Assembly (NCBI GenBank): GCA_016839945.1
Contig: JAEOTE010000114.1
Span: 1 to 32,564 of the forward strand
Source of the DNA: Candidatus Heimdallarchaeota archaeon
Lineage (GTDB): Archaea > Asgardarchaeota > Heimdallarchaeia > Heimdallarchaeales > Heimdallarchaeaceae
Reading direction: 5' to 3'
Length of the DNA stretch: 32,564 nucleotides
Of this stretch, positions 26,457-32,564 are shown piece by piece; within the stretch, counting starts at the first letter, position 1, and the number at the start of each line of letters is the position of its first letter. Below the pieces are notes generated by a model. That model searched no databases, was not told where the DNA came from, and saw nothing but the letters and a program-made list of their open reading frames with translations. Position numbers and translations under genes: made by a program.

Positions 26457-27359
26457 TTATTTCCCAAATTTTTTTCTCGCTTCCTTTACAATTTTATCTG
26501 GTTTTTCACTATAAGGACGATAATTTTGACCTAATCTTATATGGTTGTTATTCTTAGAAATAATTTCTTCTAGCTCTTGATTTATTTCATAGCCAAGAAA
26601 ATGACGGAAACTACCTTTAGCTACAGAGCTTGTAGTTCCATTTCCAAGAAATGGATCAAGAATAACATCCCCTGGTTTACTTCCGAAATCAATGCATCTT
26701 TGAACTACTTCTGTGGGTAGTTTAGTAGCATTTTTTTTGGTTCCTCTTTCATAATCTCGATTGATTTCCCAAACATCAAGTGGATAATGTTCAACTTTAT
26801 TGAAGAAATAATTCTTCTCATCCTTTACTGCAAAAAGTAAGTGATAATGACTAGTAACAAACTTCCTTCTTGTAAAAACCCCAAATTGATACTTCCAGAT
26901 TATATGATTAATTAGAGTCAATCTATTAGCTCTCAATGAGTTAAGTATGTCAACTAGATTTGTCCATCCACTAAAAATCCATACACCAGCATCTTCTTTC
27001 ATTATTCGAGGAAGCTCTTTAATCCAGCTTTCTGAAAAATCTGCATAATTATCAATAGCAACATCAGTATAACCTTCAGCTACAAAGTCACTGTCTCTAT
27101 TGTACAGAACTTCCATTTCACTGAAATTTAATCCAAAAGGTGGATCTGCAACAATCATATCTATACTTTCAGGAGGGAGCTTTTTCATACCATTAATACA
27201 ATCAGAATAATATACAACATCAACCTCAAAAGTGAAATCTCTATCATTATATTGTTGTTCTGCCTCTTCCCTAGACCAATCCATTGTTGGCTGGAATTCA
27301 GCAGCTGCTTTATGTGGGACATACCTACCTGGTTTTCTTTGAGATTGAGTAGATTTCAT
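26457..27359 (-). CDS. Site-specific DNA methyltransferase (N4-C/N6-A, beta class), orphan
   Basis: Catalytic DPPF is N-terminal to the SAM-binding LDPFLGNGTT, with IIWKY and GYEIN also present. Confidence 0.92.
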   Translation of the reverse strand: MKSTQSQRKPGRYVPHKAAAEFQPTMDWSREEAEQQYNDRDFTFEVDVVYYSDCINGMKKLPPESIDMIVADPPFGLNFSEMEVLYNRDSDFVAEGYTDVAIDNYADFSESWIKELPRIMKEDAGVWIFSGWTNLVDILNSLRANRLTLINHIIWKYQFGVFTRRKFVTSHYHLLFAVKDEKNYFFNKVEHYPLDVWEINRDYERGTKKNATKLPTEVVQRCIDFGSKPGDVILDPFLGNGTTSSVAKGSFRHFLGYEINQELEEIISKNNNHIRLGQNYRPYSEKPDKIVKEARKKFGK

Positions 27360-27387
27360 TGTGTTACCACTTAATATTTTTTCAAGC

Positions 27388-28200
27388 TTAAAACTCTTTT
27401 TTTTCTGTTAATATATTGTACATCTCAGGTTTTCTATCCTTGAAGATGTGGTTTCTTTCACTTAGGAACTTATCTCTAGCTTTCTCCAAGTTAATTTCTA
27501 CAATTTGAATCTCTTCCTTATCGGTACTTGCTTGTGCAATCCGTTCAGCATCTGGGGTAGTAACTTGACTGTGACCTTTGAAATGAAGAGAAATATCTCC
27601 ATTTGTTTCTATTCCAATTCTATTAGAAGTTATAGTGAAAATCTGATTTTCGATAGATCTAGTAATCATAGCTGTTTGGCAATAAGATAGAACTAGATTC
27701 GTGGAATGAGCTAGAATATCCATTCCTTGAATTGCAAGACTTCTTGTAGCTTCAGGGAAAATCCAATCCCAACATATTAATAATCCTACTTTTGATCCTC
27801 TGATATCATATAATGTAAATGGACCATCACCTGGTTGAAAAAACAGTTTTTCTCTATCAAAAAGATGTATTTTTCTATATTTTGCCTCAAATCCTTCAGG
27901 TCCTACCAACACAGATGAATTGAAGAAAATCTCTCCTTTCTTTTCGCAAACTCCACAAACAATATATCCATCCTTTTCTGCTGCAAGTTCTTCCAGTTTC
28001 TTTACAAAATATCCATTAGGGATTTCTTCAGCTGTTTGTTCAAGTTCTGCTTTGTCAACAAATACATAACCCGAATTAGCTAATTCTGGAATTACAAGCA
28101 AATCAAATTGCTGAGTAGATTTAACCAATTTCGAGATTCTATCTATGTTTTCTTCGACATCACATAGAATTGGTTGAAATTGTAGAAAACCAACTTCCAT
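27388..28200 (-). CDS. Carbon-nitrogen hydrolase (nitrilase superfamily)
   Basis: The E-K-C triad is present in IPELANSGY, YRKIHLF and ICWDWIFPE. The start is probably ATG 28200 (MEVGFLQF). Confidence 0.93.
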   Translation of the reverse strand: MEVGFLQFQPILCDVEENIDRISKLVKSTQQFDLLVIPELANSGYVFVDKAELEQTAEEIPNGYFVKKLEELAAEKDGYIVCGVCEKKGEIFFNSSVLVGPEGFEAKYRKIHLFDREKLFFQPGDGPFTLYDIRGSKVGLLICWDWIFPEATRSLAIQGMDILAHSTNLVLSYCQTAMITRSIENQIFTITSNRIGIETNGDISLHFKGHSQVTTPDAERIAQASTDKEEIQIVEINLEKARDKFLSERNHIFKDRKPEMYNILTEKKEF

Positions 28201-28243
28201 ATTTGATTGGATTATTAATTCTATATAAATTTGTGGAGAAAAA

Positions 28244-28921
28244 TTAAATTGTTGCATTTTTTTGTTTTATTTTTTCTATAACATCAAAAATATCACTTAA
28301 TTTATTTATACAATAGTCAGGTTCTGCTTTAAGGGCTTTATCCAGATCTGCTGCATCATAGAGAGCTAAGACGGAATGAACTCCAGCACCTTTAGCACTA
28401 GTTATATCAAACTCTGTATCACCAATCATTAGAGTTCGACTTTTTGGAGTTTTTAGTTTCTCCATTATTCGTTTAATTGCATTTGCCTTAGTATTTTCTA
28501 CAGTTCCTATAGGTATATCAAAGAAATGTGTAATGTTGAAGTGTTTTAGCCAATAATCCATTCTCTCTTGAGGTTTCCTTGAAACTATACCAAGAAAATT
28601 TTTCTTTTTAAGAACTTCTAAAACATCAATTACATCTGGAAAGAGTTCTCTTTGGTAAGAATATTTCTCTGTCAATTCTACATACTTCTTCATTGCTGAA
28701 TTTATGAGAGTTGGATTATTTGTTTGAAAGAATTCTTTGAAATCTGATATTTGATCAGTATTGCCAACTCTTGCTTTAACTTCTTCTATTGTGATGTTTG
28801 TTACAGAAAAAGATTCAAGAGTTTCAAGCATCTGGTTTGCATATGCTTCTTTTGAATCAGAAAGCACTCCATCAAAATCAAAAATAATTAAAAATGTAGT
28901 ATTTAGGTTCTTACTAAACAT
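28244..28921 (-). CDS. HAD family phosphatase (phosphoglycolate phosphatase-like)
   Basis: FDFDGVLSDS, IVSRK, K and MIGDTEFDI..AKGAG. Confidence 0.92.
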   Translation of the reverse strand: MFSKNLNTTFLIIFDFDGVLSDSKEAYANQMLETLESFSVTNITIEEVKARVGNTDQISDFKEFFQTNNPTLINSAMKKYVELTEKYSYQRELFPDVIDVLEVLKKKNFLGIVSRKPQERMDYWLKHFNITHFFDIPIGTVENTKANAIKRIMEKLKTPKSRTLMIGDTEFDITSAKGAGVHSVLALYDAADLDKALKAEPDYCINKLSDIFDVIEKIKQKNATI

Positions 28922-28984
28922 TTCATTCCACTTTCTTATTTCATTGAAAAAGTACTATGTTATCATATTATAGTAGGTTTTTAG

Positions 28985-29725
28985 CTAAGTATCTTCTTGT
29001 TTTCTTTTTAATGGAGCACTGCAATTCATGCAAAAATAGGAATCTTCTTCATTCAGTGTTTGACAATTCCAGCATTGTAAACCTTGTTCTGTTTTACCAC
29101 CAATTTGACCCACTCTTTCTTTCCAGTCGAATTGTTCAAATCCAGTAGATCGTTCCTGTATTTTTTTTGCAATTTTATCTTCAACCTTATGTAAATCATC
29201 ATAAAAAGTATTTATCTGATTACGTCTATCGCGGAGTTTCTTTTGATCTGCTGCTCTTCTTTTAAAATCAAATATGTACTTGAGATATTGAAATAGATTC
29301 ATCTTTTTATCACGCAAATACCGTCTGATGAGATACAGAATTGCAAGAACCTCAAGTAGTCCAACAACGACAAAAATTGCAATTATTACATACTGACTAT
29401 CTGGTCTGAAAAAAGCAATATAGATACTGGCTGGAAGAAAACCTGCAGCTATTACGAGAAATGGTATTCCTATGACTAAATATAGCAATTCATTCATTGC
29501 GCTTGCTAGTTGATACCCTCTACCTGAGATAAATTCCAGTACATAATAGGATATGATAACAATACCAATAACTCCAACTGCTAAACCAGAAACAAGTTGT
29601 AAAATAAAGTTACCTGTAAAAAATGAATATATAAAACAAGCTATAACTATTCCTCCCAGAATTACTTGTTGGATTAAATTATCACGACTAAGAACTTTAC
29701 GTTTTCCTTCTGGTATACCATGCAT
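28985..29725 (-). CDS. Membrane protein with a C-terminal zinc ribbon
   Basis: Four TM helices, a coiled stretch, then CWNC-x10-CMNC. Confidence 0.8.
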   Translation of the reverse strand: MHGIPEGKRKVLSRDNLIQQVILGGIVIACFIYSFFTGNFILQLVSGLAVGVIGIVIISYYVLEFISGRGYQLASAMNELLYLVIGIPFLVIAAGFLPASIYIAFFRPDSQYVIIAIFVVVGLLEVLAILYLIRRYLRDKKMNLFQYLKYIFDFKRRAADQKKLRDRRNQINTFYDDLHKVEDKIAKKIQERSTGFEQFDWKERVGQIGGKTEQGLQCWNCQTLNEEDSYFCMNCSAPLKRKQEDT

Positions 29726-29827
29726 AATATCAAATTCTACTGAAAAAAGGATACTTATTTATCTTGTTATAGTCACATCAAATTTTGAAATAAAGCAAAA
29801 AGAAATTAAAAGAGAAGAGATTCAAAA

Positions 29828-32479
29828 TTATTCTTCTTGTTTTCTTTTTCTTCTTCTCAAAACTACTATAGCTTGGATTACTAGCAGAGTTCCTCCTATA
29901 CTTAGAAGAGTGATTGTATCAAATCCAGTTCTACCAGGAGGTAGTAAAATTGTAAAAGTATAGTTCAAAACCGTTCTATAGTATGTTCCATTAATGTCTA
30001 TTGCACTTATGAAGTATTCAATGATAGTTCCTTCTGAATATTTCTTATTCAGTGAAAGATGATAATACCCAGTTGTTGCATTATAATCCATAATTAATGA
30101 AAAATGCTCGATTTCATATGTTTCGTTTGTAATTGGAACTTTTTCAGTATATGTAAGGTTAACATGTGGTCTTCCATCAATATGTTGTAATTCAGTTCTG
30201 TTTACAATTCTAACATAAATTAGATAATCATAATCTTCATAGAAATCATTTGTTACAACAGTTGTTTCTACATTGTCTTCAGTTGTTGTAATTGTTCTGA
30301 TTTCAGGTCTGTAGAATATAATAGGGGTTTCCGGTGAGGAAAGAATTACATATGTTTCATTACTTGTAGCTATTTGAACAGTAGTGCTATCAGCTAAGAA
30401 TTCTATCATTATTCTATAAACTACTGTATAATCGTATGAATATGCTGGTATAATTCCTGTGTATTGATTTATCGCACCAATTGAACCTATAGGATCTTCA
30501 GATGAGGTTATGTCATCAGTAATCCAAGTTCCACCATTATTCAGTTCATATTGAAGAAATACATCTACATCTGAACCTGCTGGAACAAAGATTTGAGTAG
30601 TGATTTTTACGTCATTTAGATCAGAGGGTTCAAGAATATCTCTAATAATAAACTCTATCGAAGGTTGAACTTGATATTGACTGTCTAAAGGTTGATAATC
30701 ATAGATACTGTATTCAACAGACAAAATTGTTACATTATCTATTAATATGGGGAAGGTTGTCGGTAAACCTTCATAATAATTTCCAGCGTTGGAGCTATTG
30801 AAATTTCCTAAACAACCTTCAATTCGTGCAAAATCTCCAACAGTGAGGAAGTTATTTTCAGAAACTAAAAAGCCATTGGAATCAATTAGAATAATAGCTT
30901 CATTTGAAATGTCATCAAAAGTATTTCCCAGAATCTTAGGTTGAAAACAGCCAAGTATCTGAACACCAATATCTAATACCCTATAATCTCCATCTTTGAT
31001 AGTCAATGAGGAAGAGCTTCGAGCAATTACTCCAATTAATGATGTATTCAATTCATTTCCTAAAAGTTTAACTCCTTGAGAAAACCAGACACTTATACCA
31101 TAGACAGAGTCAAATACTCCATTACTTGCTAGAATAAGATCAACAGCTGACCATAATGAAAAACCATAGGTTGCATTTATTGCACCGTTTGCAGAAATTA
31201 CAGAATCCTTTGTTTGCTCAATATAAATTCCTGTAATTGTGTTTTCTATGGTGTTACCTAAGACTTGGATTTTCCTTGAGTAAGTAATTCCTATTCCTTC
31301 ATCAACATCAATAAACATATTTCCTTCAATTAGAGTTCCTTTCCCACTATTCAGTGTAATACCCATTTTTACATTTGTAAAATTGTTGTTATTTATCTCA
31401 GCATCCCAACAGTCAATAACTTCGACTGCTTTATGTGGAATATTCTTGAACTCATTTTGATAAATCTTAACAGCATCAACTGATGAAGAAATTGCATCAG
31501 TAACATTATCAAAAATATTTTCAGTGACAATAAAAGGAGATTCAAATAATACTAGACCTTTAACACTGTTTTCGAATAAATTACCTTCTACGACTGTATT
31601 TGTTGTATCCTCTGCTTCTATACTTATTAAGAATGTTTCTGTAAAGTTATTATTTGATATAACGCTAAAATCTGCATTATCCAAATAAAATCCCTTTGAA
31701 ACTTGATCAAATTCATTTTCATTCGCAAAAATCTTAGAATTCTGAGAAGAAATAGATACTCCTGTATTCACGAAATCATTCAAAAGGATATTAGCTAATT
31801 GTACTATAGAGTAAATAAAAATTCCATTATTTTCAATATTCAGGAAATCATTATTCTCAATTGTTGTATTTATTGAATTACTCATGCTTATTCCAAATGA
31901 TGAATCGGTAAAAGTATTACCTGTTATAGTTGATGTTTCAACTAATGTAAATGCTACGCCTGAACTAGCAGATTCAAAAGTGTTGTCTGTTAAAATTACT
32001 TCATCCATATGTGAGAAAGTAAATTCTGTAAAATTGAAGAATGTGTTTCGAGATATTTCCCAGTCAGCATTAATAGATGTAATTGCTGCGTTTTCTACCT
32101 CACTATCTATTATTGTAACATCAGATCCTGGTCTACCATTTAATACAAAATCGTAATTAAAATCTGTAACAGTTAAATTACTGTTTTCAACATATAATAT
32201 TCCATCAATTCTAAGTTGGAACTGATATGAATCATTTGAGTTAAAATAAACTGTCGAATTAATGATTCTTAATTCATCTCCATAAACAACAGTAGTTGAT
32301 TCATATAAAATTATTACTTGATTAGTTATTTCAGTAACAGCGTTTTTTACTAATTCATCATTATTTGGAGGTGCTATCATAGCTTGACTATTCATAACGC
32401 TCCAAAAAACACTAATTGTAAGTATACTGATAATTAGAATAACTAAAAATCGATTATTCTTATTTTTCGAAAATTTCAT
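29828..32479 (-). CDS. Right-handed parallel beta-helix (NosD/PbH1 repeat) cell-surface glycoprotein
   Basis: Signal peptide, many I..N.F.....GI repeats, beta-rich C-terminal domains, numerous sequons, and TGF + TM helix + RRRKRK at the end. Confidence 0.88.
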   Translation of the reverse strand: MKFSKNKNNRFLVILIISILTISVFWSVMNSQAMIAPPNNDELVKNAVTEITNQVIILYESTTVVYGDELRIINSTVYFNSNDSYQFQLRIDGILYVENSNLTVTDFNYDFVLNGRPGSDVTIIDSEVENAAITSINADWEISRNTFFNFTEFTFSHMDEVILTDNTFESASSGVAFTLVETSTITGNTFTDSSFGISMSNSINTTIENNDFLNIENNGIFIYSIVQLANILLNDFVNTGVSISSQNSKIFANENEFDQVSKGFYLDNADFSVISNNNFTETFLISIEAEDTTNTVVEGNLFENSVKGLVLFESPFIVTENIFDNVTDAISSSVDAVKIYQNEFKNIPHKAVEVIDCWDAEINNNNFTNVKMGITLNSGKGTLIEGNMFIDVDEGIGITYSRKIQVLGNTIENTITGIYIEQTKDSVISANGAINATYGFSLWSAVDLILASNGVFDSVYGISVWFSQGVKLLGNELNTSLIGVIARSSSSLTIKDGDYRVLDIGVQILGCFQPKILGNTFDDISNEAIILIDSNGFLVSENNFLTVGDFARIEGCLGNFNSSNAGNYYEGLPTTFPILIDNVTILSVEYSIYDYQPLDSQYQVQPSIEFIIRDILEPSDLNDVKITTQIFVPAGSDVDVFLQYELNNGGTWITDDITSSEDPIGSIGAINQYTGIIPAYSYDYTVVYRIMIEFLADSTTVQIATSNETYVILSSPETPIIFYRPEIRTITTTEDNVETTVVTNDFYEDYDYLIYVRIVNRTELQHIDGRPHVNLTYTEKVPITNETYEIEHFSLIMDYNATTGYYHLSLNKKYSEGTIIEYFISAIDINGTYYRTVLNYTFTILLPPGRTGFDTITLLSIGGTLLVIQAIVVLRRRKRKQEE

Positions 32480-32564
32480 TTAGGTTAACCTCGAGCAAAC
32501 ACTTTAATTTAGAAATCCGAGAAAAAGGACATTTTTAAAGTTTCTGTAAGAACTGTATTTTTTA

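Noticed and set aside
25195-27359. Sir2 + methyltransferase as an anti-phage defence island
   Set aside because: The sirtuin is a Zn-binding deacylase type rather than a SIR2_2 NADase effector, and no nuclease, HerA, Argonaute or TIR partner is present.
1461-32156. Short antisense or overlapping ORFs in the track (e.g. 1461..1706, 2380..2625, 13890..14162, 25118..25360, 29553..29963, 31884..32156)
   Set aside because: They are shadows of well-supported genes on the opposite strand or frame, with no recognisable motifs.

Overview
AT-rich, gene-dense chromosomal window with about 32 coding regions. I see no tRNA, rRNA, CRISPR array or intact mobile element. Archaeal-style TATA boxes about 25 nt before several start codons, GGTGA ribosome-binding sites, surface proteins rich in N-glycosylation sequons and a TPR+longin-like protein point to an Asgard archaeon, probably Heimdallarchaeia (inference). 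Most genes are accessory enzymes: two aldo/keto reductases, two GNATs, an alpha/beta hydrolase, a C45 Ntn-hydrolase, a PIG-L deacetylase, an AOR-family oxidoreductase with its 4Fe-4S subunit, an APH(3')-like kinase, DinB, a beta-lactamase-fold hydrolase, PanE-like, ICMT-like, a SagB-like nitroreductase, dodecin, an orphan DNA methyltransferase, a nitrilase and a HAD phosphatase. The most interesting stretch is three adjacent minus-strand genes with eukaryote-like features at 20.8-26.0 kb: a SIRT6/7-like (class IV) sirtuin that appears to start at ATA, a TPR-longin protein, and a multipass membrane EEP protein resembling the GPI lipid remodelase CWH43/PGAP2IP. Also notable are a PPxY/transmembrane/13-Cys small protein, a cold-shock gene flanked by hairpins, a 21-bp direct repeat in a divergent promoter and a perfect palindrome before dodecin. 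All family calls come from motif recognition by eye and from memory; no searches were run.
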